Source of the DNA: an uncultured Acidobacteriota bacterium
Lineage (GTDB): Bacteria > Acidobacteriota > Thermoanaerobaculia > Multivoradales > UBA5704
DNA length: 64,000 nt
Assembly (NCBI GenBank): GCA_963770895.1
Contig: CAVYRF010000002.1
Location: forward strand, 160,001 to 224,000
Direction of reading: 5' to 3'
Shown: piece after piece, positions 30,001 to 39,257 of the stretch
How the letters are laid out: the number at the start of each line of letters is the position of its first letter
How positions within the stretch are numbered: position 1 is the stretch's first letter
The notes under the pieces: generated by a model
Told to the model about the DNA's origin: nothing
Database searches by the model: none
Seen by the model: the letters and a program-made list of their open reading frames with translations, nothing else
Program-made: the position numbers and the translations under genes

Positions 30001-31214
30001 AGGTCCGGCGCGGCGGCGTCCGCGAGCGGCTCACACTCCGCCGCGCCGAGCTGGAGGAGCGCGAAACCGAGCGCACGCTCGCCGCGGCCCGCCTGCGTAA
30101 GTTTACGGATGGCGGCCTGCTGCCCATGGTGCTCGCCACACCGCCGGAGGAGGCGCCGGCATCCTGGTCGCTGACCCGCACGCTCGAGGTCGCGCGCGAC
30201 GTCGAGCGCGAGAACGACGGCGTCGACCTGTCGCCGACGGCGGCAAGCCGGCGCGCGAACCGCCTGCACGAGCGTTTCCGGTTGCTCGAATCCGAATTGG
30301 GCGCCGACTACCAGGCGAGCCTGGAGCAGGATGAGGACCTTGCCATCGTGCGGGTGCTGTACAACGGCAAGGAGCACGACGTGGCCAGCCTGCGGGCCGT
30401 GCTGCGCGACGGTATCGAAGTGCGGCGGGCGCTTCTCGCCGAGCACGAACGGGAGCTGCTGCGCCGGTTCCTGCTCGAAGAAGTGGGAGGCCACCTGCGC
30501 GACCGCCTGCAACGCGCGCGCACGCTGGTGAGGAGCATGAACGAGATTCTGGAGTCGTGCCGTACGGCCTCGGGCATGGCGCTGAAGTTGGCCTGGGATC
30601 CTGCTCCGGAGGCGCCGGGCGAAGTCCGCGAGATCGTGCGGCTGCTGCAGACCGATCTGGAGATCCTGCCCGACGGCGAGCGGCGCCGGATCGAGGTTTT
30701 CTTTCTGCGGCGGATCGAGGAGGCGCGGCAACAATGGGAGACCGTACCCTGGCGCGACCACCTGCTCGGCGCCCTCGACTACCAATCCTGGTTCGCCTTC
30801 CGCATCCTGCGGCGCTCGGCCGGCGATGATGCCTGGGAGGAACTGACCCGGCGCCGGCACGCCGCCACCTCTGGAGGGGAAAAGGCCGTGGCGTTGCACC
30901 TGCCGCTCTTTGCGGCCGCCGCGGCGCACTATCGCTCCGCTCTGGCGGTGGCGCCCCGCATCATCCTTCTCGACGAGGCCTTCGTGGGCATCGATCAATC
31001 GATGCGCGGGCGCTGCATGGGGTTGCTCGTCGCTCTCGATCTCGACTTCCTGATGACCAGCCACGACGAATGGGGATGCTACGAGGAGCTGCCCGGTGTG
31101 GCGATCGCACATCTGTCTCGCGACCCCATGCTCGATGGCGTCATGGCGGAGCACTTCGTCTGGAACGGCCGCAGCCTGCACGAGGCACCCCAGCATCCCG
31201 GAGGCGGCGGGTGA
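26985..31214 (+). CDS. jetC: Wadjet type II JetC SMC-like ATPase (TIGR02680-like)
   Basis: Walker A GENGSGKSK; long coiled coils; signature SGGEK; Walker B ILLDEAFVGID. Confidence 0.92.
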   Translation: MPQSADGADLLLYPAAAAAPAADLPRPSRERFQPLRAGIVNLWQYDDQELHFHDGRLILRGENGSGKSKALELLLPFLFDADLSPQRLDPFGSTARTMEWNLLQDGRYESRVGYVWLELGRRENADPKAAAVLPGGGEEGATSGASGMSGVSEMFWTLGCGLRASERTRRVDAWYFLTRLRVGGGLDLTSGRTPLLKEQLRQGIGSSGWVFETGKDYREKLDQQLFGLGSDRFATLRHLLLQLRRPHLSEKLDPRNLAELLKESLPPLDRDRIGELAEGFERLEKDQQDLARAQAAERGVSAFLQLYQDFARGVGRGRASEVRQSDSRYHKTAAEVREAQTEIETLDRLVAEVAERERHADEEIAVATAAIETLADSPAMRSAGVLRVRREQADLLARSATDAAELAEGQTRTVAELRGNLAGANDEEQRLEGEREVRNTAAAEAARGAGLDAAYEAALRALPGNPGAANAVVVEAVRRRRDGIAELRRLGIERDRAQSAEERAADRLQEAAEQLRAAARRRQAAETEAGVQRDALAAALMVWWNGVGELHLEATEVAALRAQIATLTASEEDRLAAAIAAAARRQRDSLVALRTSLAAEIRRVSAETEAAQEERRRVAAAEELGPQAPPWRSASRAERAGAPLYLLCDFAPQLDLASRANLEAALQAAGLLDAWVMPDGGVLGVPTCDSFVVPVHRPPESLPGPAVGQSLASLLVAVPGYGVGTEVLEALLGSVAVEPRRADLGGQNAASAAIAVSAVSGDGAFRLGALRGAAAKTVAEHVGAGARAAARERRLAELAALVAELEREQLLLMSSDQAAGARLADLDRDVAAAPTSAPFRRALAQAAAAMADEGRRAAEQTAAAERAAAAQAARAAAQDHLEARARDLDLRAHLDRLDEYADQLRGFVGRFQALSAIAPEVERARERAARAASQLEQGVSLQAEFRRRAEETVEAAALAKAKHAELEAVAGAEAREVVARHAAHLERRDALVKRRKSLAAEAEEQKVRRGGVRERLTLRRAELEERETERTLAAARLRKFTDGGLLPMVLATPPEEAPASWSLTRTLEVARDVERENDGVDLSPTAASRRANRLHERFRLLESELGADYQASLEQDEDLAIVRVLYNGKEHDVASLRAVLRDGIEVRRALLAEHERELLRRFLLEEVGGHLRDRLQRARTLVRSMNEILESCRTASGMALKLAWDPAPEAPGEVREIVRLLQTDLEILPDGERRRIEVFFLRRIEEARQQWETVPWRDHLLGALDYQSWFAFRILRRSAGDDAWEELTRRRHAATSGGEKAVALHLPLFAAAAAHYRSALAVAPRIILLDEAFVGIDQSMRGRCMGLLVALDLDFLMTSHDEWGCYEELPGVAIAHLSRDPMLDGVMAEHFVWNGRSLHEAPQHPGGGG

Positions 31215-32545
31215 GCCCCAACCAGGAGGACGAGCCGGCCCCTCATGGGGAGCCACCTCCCGCCGCTTCCGCCCAGACGCGCGAGCTTCTGAGCTTCCTC
31301 GGCAGGCGCGACCTGGCGCGCCTCTGGCCCGAGGTCCGTGGTCGCCTGGAGCGGTTCGGCCAACCGCGCGGCACGGTGCGGCTCTCCGGAGCGACCGAGG
31401 CGGAGCGCCAGGCCGTCGCCGGCCTGTTCGGGCTGCCGATCGTCCCTGATGGCGAGCTGCGGGTGCGCCTCGATCACCTCGATCGCGCACTGCGCGCGTC
31501 CCGCTTTGCCACCGACCTTCGCACGGCGATGACCCTGCTCGGCGGGCCGCTGCGCGACCGGACGGAGGACCTGGTACGAGAGCGCCGCCGGCGCGAAGAG
31601 CTGTGGGCGGGCGCGTCGGACCATGCCACCGTGCGCACACGCCCCGATCTCCGGCGCTGGCTCGCCGAGCTGCGCGCCGGCGGCCTGGCGCGGCGCCTGG
31701 GAGGGCTGGACGGCGAGCAACGCCTGCTTCACCAGGCCCTCGACGTGCTGGGCGCCCTGGCCCTTGCGCCGGGCGGGGTGCGGCTGCCGGTGCTCGCCAG
31801 GACCACTCTCGGCCACAGCCACGGGCTGGACGCCGGCCGGCCGGTCGCCACGCTCGTCGTGCGCGCCCTCGCGTTCCTTGGCGGCCAGCCGCCGCCGCGA
31901 GGGGCCGCTGCCAGGCGGGCATGCTGGGAGCGGGCGGGGGTGATCGTCGACGATCTGAGCTGCGACGTCCTCTCCCTGGGCGTGGCGCCGCTCGGCGGCG
32001 GCCGGATCGGCGATGGCCTCCGAGCCTTCGCCGCGGCCGCAGAACCCGTCTGGATCACCTTGCGCCAACTCGCGGCAGGCGATCTGACGTTCCCCGCCGG
32101 GATCCGGGTCCGGGTGTGCGAGAACCCGGTGGTGGTCGCAGCGGCCGCAGACCTCGGGGCCGCCAGAAGCGGGCCCCTGGTCTGCCTGAATGGCTTCCCC
32201 AATCAGGCGAGCAGCATGCTCCTGGGGCTGCTCGCGCGGCAGGGAGCCGAGATCTGGTATCACGGCGACTTCGATTGGGCCGGCTTGCGCATCGCCAACC
32301 ACCTGCGGCAGACGGTGCCCTTTCATCCATGGCGCTTCACCGCGCCGGCCTATCGACAGGCCGTGGCGGCACTCGCCCCCGGCGCCGAGCGGCTGGCTCT
32401 GGGCGATGCGCCCACCGAGGCCGCATGGGACGATGCTCTGGGCGCCGCCATGCGCGACGCCGGCATTTCGATCGAAGAGGAAGCGGTGCTCGGCGACCTG
32501 ATGACGGATCTGCAGGCAGCTCAGCCGGCCGGGTCCTGGCGGTAG
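31211..32545 (+). CDS. jetD: Wadjet type II JetD TOPRIM nuclease (TIGR02679/DUF3323+DUF2399-like)
   Basis: GTGA overlap; H.LD, VCENPVV, YHGDFDWAGLRIA, EEEA. Confidence 0.9.
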   Translation: MSPNQEDEPAPHGEPPPAASAQTRELLSFLGRRDLARLWPEVRGRLERFGQPRGTVRLSGATEAERQAVAGLFGLPIVPDGELRVRLDHLDRALRASRFATDLRTAMTLLGGPLRDRTEDLVRERRRREELWAGASDHATVRTRPDLRRWLAELRAGGLARRLGGLDGEQRLLHQALDVLGALALAPGGVRLPVLARTTLGHSHGLDAGRPVATLVVRALAFLGGQPPPRGAAARRACWERAGVIVDDLSCDVLSLGVAPLGGGRIGDGLRAFAAAAEPVWITLRQLAAGDLTFPAGIRVRVCENPVVVAAAADLGAARSGPLVCLNGFPNQASSMLLGLLARQGAEIWYHGDFDWAGLRIANHLRQTVPFHPWRFTAPAYRQAVAALAPGAERLALGDAPTEAAWDDALGAAMRDAGISIEEEAVLGDLMTDLQAAQPAGSWR

Positions 32546-33360
32546 AAGGCGCGCAGGACCTCGTAGAGCTCTGGGTGCCTGCGCTGGAGGTTGGCCCCCT
32601 GTTCGAAAAACGCCTCGGTCACCACGGCGAAGAACTCGGCAGGGTTGGTGGCGCCGTAGGCATCGATGTCGCTCGGCCTCTGCTCGGCGACGCGGTCGAG
32701 CAGATCCTGGTACTCGGCGCCCAGGGCGTGCGCCCAGGCCGAGTAGAGGGCGCGCGTGCCGAGGTCGGGCGCACCGTTGAGGGCACCGTCCTCGGCGTCG
32801 AGCTGGTGGGCGAACTCGTGCAGCACCACGTTGTGACCGTCGTGCATGTTCGACGCGCCGCTCTTGACGGCGTCCCACGCCAGCACCACGGCGCCGCGGA
32901 CCCACGATTCGCCGAGCCGCCCTTGATCGCCCACCACCTCCAGGCCACCGAGATTCTGGCGCACATCCTTGACGATGTAGGCGCTCGGATAGACCAGGAT
33001 CGAAGAGAGGTCGGGGTAGTAGTCGGTCTCCCGATGCAGCAGCAGCACGCAGGCTTGCGCGGCGATGGTGAGCTTGATTTCCTGGGTGACATGCAGGCCG
33101 CCGCAGCCCTCGAACCGTTTCTCGGCCAGGAAAACCTGAATGTGTCCTTCGAGCTCGCGCCGGTCCTCCTCGGACAGGGTGGCGGCGTAAGCAACGTTGC
33201 GCAACACCATGGCGCGCTGGGCGGCCGACAGCGGCTGTGCGCGGAGCTTGGCCCGGCGCTTTTTCTTGAAGAGAAAGTCGAGCAAGCCGTCGATTTTATC
33301 AGGAACCACCGGCCGGCGCGCCCTGAAACCGGAGACCGCGATCGTTGGTAGTAGAGGCAT
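32521..33360 (-). CDS. MtfA-like zinc peptidase (M90); start uncertain
   Basis: F.GC.GL, IAAQAC, ILVYP, GESW, DGHNVVLHEFAHQLD, YGATNPAEFFAV.TE.FFE. Confidence 0.9.
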   Translation of the reverse strand: MPLLPTIAVSGFRARRPVVPDKIDGLLDFLFKKKRRAKLRAQPLSAAQRAMVLRNVAYAATLSEEDRRELEGHIQVFLAEKRFEGCGGLHVTQEIKLTIAAQACVLLLHRETDYYPDLSSILVYPSAYIVKDVRQNLGGLEVVGDQGRLGESWVRGAVVLAWDAVKSGASNMHDGHNVVLHEFAHQLDAEDGALNGAPDLGTRALYSAWAHALGAEYQDLLDRVAEQRPSDIDAYGATNPAEFFAVVTEAFFEQGANLQRRHPELYEVLRAFYRQDPAG

Positions 33361-33410
33361 CGGGCACCGCTGCCCGGATGGCGACGACGTGGCGGCGCGG
33401 AGGTGAGGCG

Positions 33411-35879
33411 ATGGGAAAGCGGCTCCAGGTGGCGATGGCACGGCTGGGCGGTTGGCTCACCGGCGGCGAGCTGCTGCAGGATCTACGCTTCACCCGCCGC
33501 ACGCTGCGGCGCGATGCCAGCTTCACCGTGTTCGCGCTGCTCACCGTCGGGCTCGGCATCGGCGCCAGCGCCACCATCTTCAGCGTGGTCAACGCCCTGC
33601 TCCTGCGGCCGCTGCCGTTCCGCGACCCCGGCCGCCTGGCGTGGGTCGCCAACGGCGGTACGGAGGGTCCGTCGAGCGTCACCATCCAGGTGGGCCATTT
33701 TCTCGATCTCGCGGCGCAAACCCGGTCGTTTTCGGAGCTGGCCGCCTACTACGCGTTCTATGGCGACGGCGATAGCAAGCTGACCGGCGCCGGCGAGCCC
33801 GAACGCCTGACTGCGGTGCCCGTGACGACCAATTTCTTTGCCCTCCTGGGGGTCCCACCACGGCTGGGACGGCTTTTCGCCAACGGTGAGGAGCAGGCGC
33901 GCTGGAACGCGCCGCAGGTGGCGATTCTTTCCTTCCGCCTGTGGCAACGGCGCTTCGCCGCCGACCCCGCCATCGTCGGCCAGCGGCTGGTGCTCAACGG
34001 CGGGCCGGTCACCGTCGTCGGGGTGCTGCCGGAATCGTTCGACTTCGGCGCCGTCTTCACCCCCGGCAGGCAGGTGGATCTTTTCATCCCGATGCCGCTG
34101 ACCGCGCAGACCGACCGCCAGGGCAACTCGCTTTCGCTCCTGGGCCGCCTGCGGCCCGGTGTCGCGGTCGACCAGGCGCAGGCGGAGCTGACCATCCTGG
34201 CCCGGCAGATCTCAAACCGCCATCCGGAACGCAACGAGGTGGCGCCGCGGGTGAGCGCGCTCGACCGCCACGTCAGCGGCTCCTTCCGGCCGGCGCTCGC
34301 CGTGCTCGCCGGCGCCGTCGGCGCGGTGATGCTGATCGTCTGCGCCAACCTGGCGAACCTGCTGCTGGCGCGCGCCGCGGCGCGCCAGAAGGAGATGGCG
34401 ATCCGCACCGCGCTGGGGGCGGCCCAGGGCAGGTTGGTGCGCCAGATGCTGACCGAAAGCCTGGTCCTGTCGTGCGGCGGCGGCGCGCTCGGCCTGCTGC
34501 TTGCCGTCGCCGGCACGCGCTCGCTGGCACATCTCGACGCCTTCCGCATTCCGCTGCTGGCGAGCGCCCACGTCGACGCCGCCACCGCCGCCTTTGCCGT
34601 CGTGGTGGCCGTCCTGGCCGGCCTGGTCTTCGGCCTGGTGCCGGCCTTCCAGGCCCTGGCGGCGGCGCCCCACGACGCCCTCAAGGAGAGCCATCGCGGC
34701 TCCAGCCAGGGTGCCCGCCAAGCCTGGATCCGCCAGGCCCTGGTGGTCGCCGAGGTGGCGTTCGCGTCGGTGCTGCTGGTGGGCACCGGCCTGCTGGTGC
34801 GCAGCTTCCTGCGGGTGCTCGACGTCCAGCTCGGCTACCAGCCGGCCAAGGCGCTGGCGCTGCGCATCGACGTCGGCGCCCGCAGCCTCACCCAGGCGCA
34901 GCGCAACGCCCACTACGACGAGGCCCTGCGACGCGCCAGGTCCGTCGCCGGCGTCGAAGCGGCGGCGCTGACCGACGTGCTGCCGCTGGGCGGCGACCGC
35001 AGCTGGGGCGTCGCCGCCGCCGGCCAGGTCTATCCGGACGGCAGGACCCCCTCCGCCTACGTGCGCATCGTCTCCGACGGCTACCTGCGGACCGCCGGCA
35101 TCCCGCTGCGCGCCGGGCGCGACCTCTCGCCCCGCGACACGCCGGCAAGCGAGCGCGTCATGCTGGTCAACGAGACGCTGGCGCGCACCCTCTGGCCCGG
35201 CGAAAACCCCATCGGCAGGATGGTGACCCAGGACGGCGGCTGTCGCGTCGTCGGCGTCGTCGGCGACGTTCGCCACAGCGCCCTCGAACAGACCGCCGGC
35301 GCCGAGATGTACCTGCCGCTGCGCCAGACCAACGACTACTCCCGCCTCGACCTGGTCGTCCGCTCCGCCCTCTCGCCCGTCGCCGCGGCGGCCGCCCTGC
35401 GCCGCGAGCTGCTGCCGATCGAGCCCAATCTCCCCGCCCAGGAGGCGCGCCCTCTCCAGCGCCTGGTCGACCAGGCGATCTCGCCGCGCCGCTTCCTGGT
35501 TTTCCTGCTCGGCGGATTTTCCGCCTTCGCCCTCGTCCTCGCCGCGCTCGGCATCTACGCCGTGATCTCCTACGCCGTCACCCAGCGCACCCAGGAGCTC
35601 GGCATCCGCGTCGCCCTGGGCGCCCAGCGCGCCGGCTTGCAGCTCCGCATCCTCTGCGAAACCCTCGCCCTCGCCGGCCTCGGCATGCTCCTCGGCACCT
35701 TCGCCTCCTGGAGCCTGGCCCGCACCCTGCGCGGCCTCCTCTTCGGCGTCACCGCCGCCGACCCGGCGACCTTCGGCGCCACCCTGGCCCTCCTCACCGT
35801 GGTCGCCGCCCTCGCCGGCTACCTCCCTGCCCGTCGCGCCTCCCGCATCGATCCCATCCTGGCCCTGCGCGGCGATTGA
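33411..35879 (+). CDS. ADOP-type duplicated MacB/FtsX ABC permease
   Basis: GGAGG RBS; QDLRF, GIGASATIFSVVNA, CANLANLLLAR, QRTQELGIRVALGA, PARRASRIDP. Confidence 0.92.
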   Translation: MGKRLQVAMARLGGWLTGGELLQDLRFTRRTLRRDASFTVFALLTVGLGIGASATIFSVVNALLLRPLPFRDPGRLAWVANGGTEGPSSVTIQVGHFLDLAAQTRSFSELAAYYAFYGDGDSKLTGAGEPERLTAVPVTTNFFALLGVPPRLGRLFANGEEQARWNAPQVAILSFRLWQRRFAADPAIVGQRLVLNGGPVTVVGVLPESFDFGAVFTPGRQVDLFIPMPLTAQTDRQGNSLSLLGRLRPGVAVDQAQAELTILARQISNRHPERNEVAPRVSALDRHVSGSFRPALAVLAGAVGAVMLIVCANLANLLLARAAARQKEMAIRTALGAAQGRLVRQMLTESLVLSCGGGALGLLLAVAGTRSLAHLDAFRIPLLASAHVDAATAAFAVVVAVLAGLVFGLVPAFQALAAAPHDALKESHRGSSQGARQAWIRQALVVAEVAFASVLLVGTGLLVRSFLRVLDVQLGYQPAKALALRIDVGARSLTQAQRNAHYDEALRRARSVAGVEAAALTDVLPLGGDRSWGVAAAGQVYPDGRTPSAYVRIVSDGYLRTAGIPLRAGRDLSPRDTPASERVMLVNETLARTLWPGENPIGRMVTQDGGCRVVGVVGDVRHSALEQTAGAEMYLPLRQTNDYSRLDLVVRSALSPVAAAAALRRELLPIEPNLPAQEARPLQRLVDQAISPRRFLVFLLGGFSAFALVLAALGIYAVISYAVTQRTQELGIRVALGAQRAGLQLRILCETLALAGLGMLLGTFASWSLARTLRGLLFGVTAADPATFGATLALLTVVAALAGYLPARRASRIDPILALRGD

Positions 35880-35964
35880 ACCGCCGCCGCCTTGGCGCGG
35901 CCCCGGAGCGGGTCTCCGTCGACCATGCGGTCGAGTGCTAAGATGTTGAAAATTGATTCCTCCG

Positions 35965-38900
35965 ATGCTCTCCACCTTGCGGCGGTCGCCTCCGCGGCCT
36001 GGGCGCGGCACACGACGGATCTGCGGCGCTTTCCTGGCGGCGCTGGCGTGCTGTGGGTCTGCCTGCGGCGCCGGCGCCGGGCGCGGCGGGGCCGCGAGCA
36101 GGGTGCACGTAGTGGTGGCGGGAGAGAATTTCGAGCGCTCGCCGCGTGCCGGCCAAAGCGACGAATACGAGCTGCGCCTCCGGGCGGGCCAGTTCGTCCA
36201 CGTCGTCGTCGACCAGCTCGGTATCGACGTCCTGTTGCGGCTCTATGCGCCGGCGGGCAGGCAGCTGACCGAGGTGGACAGCCCCACCGGCACCACCGGC
36301 CCGGAGCGGGTCGCCGTGGTGGCTCCGGTGGCGGGCCGCTACCGCTTGCAGGTCTCGGCGACGTCCGCCAAGCCGGGCGGGCGCTACGCGTTCCACGTCG
36401 TCGCATGGCGGGACGCGACGCCCGCGGATCGCCTGGAGGTGGCGGCGGAAAGGGCCTTCGATCGCGGTGAAGGGCTGCGCCGGGCGACGCTTCTGCGCGA
36501 CGCCCTGCCGCGCTACCAGCAGGCCCTGGTGGCCTGGACGTCGCTGGGCAACGTGGCCGGGGAGGCGCTGGCGCTGAATGGGCTGGGCGAGATGCACCAA
36601 CGGATGGGCGAGATGCACCACCGGCTGGATGAGCTCGATGCCGCGGTGGCGCTCTACCGCCAGGCGCTCAGGACGTTGGCGCCCACCGGCGACATCAGGT
36701 CCCAGGCGGGGATCTGCAACCGGATGGGCAGGGCGCTGCTGGACCTGTTTCGCTTCGACGAGGCGCTCGCCGCACACCGCCGTGCCCTGGCGCTCTTCCG
36801 CCAGCTCACCGATCGCAAGGGCATCGCCACGGCGCTCAACAACGAGGGCAACGTCTACCTCTGGCTGGGCAAAAACCAATCGGCCCTGGACGCCTTCGAC
36901 GCGGCGCTGCCGCTGTGGGACCGCCGCACCGAGACGCACGAGCGGATGCTCACCCTGATCAACATGGGCAACGTGCTGACCGCCGAAGAGCAGCTCGACG
37001 AAGCGGCGGCGGTCTATCGGGAGGCGATCGCAGAAGCGATCGCAGAAGCCGGCCGCCTGCACGATCCAGCCGCCCTGGCAAAGGTCCTTTCGCGCGAGGG
37101 CTTTCGCCTATACGCCGCTGGGCAGCCCGCCCTCGCCATCGACCGCCTGCGGCAGGCGATCGACCTGCATCGCCAGCTGCACGACCCGGTGGGCTACGTC
37201 GACGATCTGCTCAATCTGGGCGTCGCCTACCTCAAGCAAGGAGACCTCCGCCACGCCGGCGATGCCCTGTCGCAGGCCCGCCAGCTCTACCGGCAGGCGG
37301 GCAATCGCCACGGCGAGGCGATGGCGCTGCTGGACCTGGGACGCCTGGCGTACACCGCCGGCGATTTCCCGCGCGCCCTCGCACTGTACACCGCGGCCAG
37401 GCAGCTCTTCGTCGCCGTGCGCGGGCGCCAGGGCGAGGTGTCGGCGATCTATGGCTGCGCGTCCACGCTCCTCCGGCTCGGGCGGCCGGCGGAGGCCCGC
37501 GACCAGATCGCCCTGGCGGTCGACGGGCTGGAAAACCTGCGCGGCGAAACGGCGAGCCGGTCGCTGCGTCAGTCGTACTTCGCCTCGCGGCAGAACTATT
37601 GGGACCTGTACGTTCAGACACTGATGCTCCTGGACGCCAGGCATCCCGGCGGCGGCTACGCGGCGCAGGCTTTCGCAATCAGCGAGCGCCGCCGGTCGCG
37701 CAGCCTGCTGGACCTTCTGGGCCAGGCCGCGGCGGCTGCCCCCGCCGGCGGCGAGCGCGGCGCAGCCGCCGAGGAGAACGAGCTGCAGCAGCAATTGGAC
37801 GCCATCGACCGTCACCGGCTGCTGTTGATGGACCGCCAGGGGAGCGCCGCCGCGGTTGCCGCTCTCGATCGATTGCAGCAGCAAAAGGTCATCCAGCTCG
37901 ACCGGGCGCGGGCGCGCCAGGCAAGCCAGGACGATCTGACGGCGGCGCCGTCCCCTGCCGCGGCGCTTTCGCTGACCGCGGTACAGGCGCTGCTCGGCCG
38001 CGACGACATGCTGCTCGAATACGCCCTGGGCGAGCCCACCAGCTACCTCTGGGCGGTGACGCACAGCTCCTGCAAGAGTTTCCGTCTGACCGGCCGCGCT
38101 GCGATCGAAGCCGCCGCCCGCGCCGCGACCGACCTCCTGCGGCGCACCAGTGTCAAGGCCCAGACGGCGCAGGAGCAAGCTGCTCGCCAGCTGAGCTCCC
38201 TGGTGTTGGCGCCGGCCGCCGCCGAGCTGGGGCAGGCGCGGCGCCTCCTGATCGTTGCCGACGGCGATCTGCTGCTGGTGCCGTTTGCGGCCCTGCCGGA
38301 CCCCGCGGCGCCGCCATCCGAGACGTCGCCGCTCGTGGTGCGGCACGAGATCGTCACCCCGCCCTCGGCCACGGTCCTGGCCGCGCTGCGCCGCCGGTCG
38401 CGCCAACAACCCACGCCGCCAGCCGGCGTCGCGGTCTTTGCCGATCCCGTGTTTCGGTCCGACGACCCCCGCCTGGCGCCGGCGGCCCTGCCGGCGGGCG
38501 CGGCGCCGGGGCCATCCCTGCCGCCGGCGGAACCGCCGGGTCTCGGCCTGCTGCTGCGCGACTTCCACCTCGCCGGTCTCGCGCGCCTGCCCGCCACCGC
38601 CGGCGAGGCAGCGGCGATCGCCCAGGTCGCGCCATCGGGCACGGTCGTCGCGATGGGTTTCGCGGCAAGCCGCGAGCGCGTCCTGGACGGGTCGCTGCGC
38701 CGGTTTCGCTACCTCCACTTCGCCACCCACAGCCTGGTGGACGCGCTGCACCCGGACCTTTCGGGAATCGTGCTCTCGCTGCGCGACCAGCGCGGCCAGC
38801 CACAGGACGGGATCCTGCGTCTCTACGAGATCTACGACCTCGATCTGCCGGCGCGGCTGGTGGTGCTGAGCGGCTGCGAGACCGGTCTCGGGCAGCCGGT

Positions 38901-39168
38901 CGCCGGCGAAGGCCTGGTCGGCCTCAGCTGGGGCTTCCTGCACGCAGGGGCGCAGGGCGTGGTGGTGAGCCTCTGGAACGTCCAGGACGACAGCACGGCC
39001 GAGCTCATGCGCCGCTTCTACACCGCGCTGTTCGCCGGGCACGCCTCCGCGCCGGCGGCGCTGCGCCAGGCGCAGCTGTCGATGCTCGCGAGCACCGGCT
39101 GGCGCGCCCCCTATCACTGGGCCGGGTTTGTCTTCACCGGCGATTGGGAAGCCGCCGGGAAGCCTTGA
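35965..39168 (+). CDS. PPC-TPR-CHAT domain protease (His/Cys dyad present)
   Basis: PPC-like beta domain, multiple TPRs, LHFATHS, LVVLSGCET, SLWNV.D, PYHWAGF. Confidence 0.92.
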   Translation: MLSTLRRSPPRPGRGTRRICGAFLAALACCGSACGAGAGRGGAASRVHVVVAGENFERSPRAGQSDEYELRLRAGQFVHVVVDQLGIDVLLRLYAPAGRQLTEVDSPTGTTGPERVAVVAPVAGRYRLQVSATSAKPGGRYAFHVVAWRDATPADRLEVAAERAFDRGEGLRRATLLRDALPRYQQALVAWTSLGNVAGEALALNGLGEMHQRMGEMHHRLDELDAAVALYRQALRTLAPTGDIRSQAGICNRMGRALLDLFRFDEALAAHRRALALFRQLTDRKGIATALNNEGNVYLWLGKNQSALDAFDAALPLWDRRTETHERMLTLINMGNVLTAEEQLDEAAAVYREAIAEAIAEAGRLHDPAALAKVLSREGFRLYAAGQPALAIDRLRQAIDLHRQLHDPVGYVDDLLNLGVAYLKQGDLRHAGDALSQARQLYRQAGNRHGEAMALLDLGRLAYTAGDFPRALALYTAARQLFVAVRGRQGEVSAIYGCASTLLRLGRPAEARDQIALAVDGLENLRGETASRSLRQSYFASRQNYWDLYVQTLMLLDARHPGGGYAAQAFAISERRRSRSLLDLLGQAAAAAPAGGERGAAAEENELQQQLDAIDRHRLLLMDRQGSAAAVAALDRLQQQKVIQLDRARARQASQDDLTAAPSPAAALSLTAVQALLGRDDMLLEYALGEPTSYLWAVTHSSCKSFRLTGRAAIEAAARAATDLLRRTSVKAQTAQEQAARQLSSLVLAPAAAELGQARRLLIVADGDLLLVPFAALPDPAAPPSETSPLVVRHEIVTPPSATVLAALRRRSRQQPTPPAGVAVFADPVFRSDDPRLAPAALPAGAAPGPSLPPAEPPGLGLLLRDFHLAGLARLPATAGEAAAIAQVAPSGTVVAMGFAASRERVLDGSLRRFRYLHFATHSLVDALHPDLSGIVLSLRDQRGQPQDGILRLYEIYDLDLPARLVVLSGCETGLGQPVAGEGLVGLSWGFLHAGAQGVVVSLWNVQDDSTAELMRRFYTALFAGHASAPAALRQAQLSMLASTGWRAPYHWAGFVFTGDWEAAGKP

Positions 39169-39257
39169 CCAAGCCCGGCGAGCTGGTCGCGCCGCCATTC
39201 TCGCGTACTACAGGGGGGCATGAAATCAATGTAGTTTGACGAGGAGGAGACTTCTTC

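Larger units (their letters stand above)
12199..32545. mobile_element. Decayed tRNA-anchored genomic/defence island (right boundary approximate, no integrase seen)
   Basis: Begins at tRNA 3' end; carries TA systems, relaxase remnant, Wadjet, many gene fragments and lower-GC patches (e.g. 18750-20300). Confidence 0.55.
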
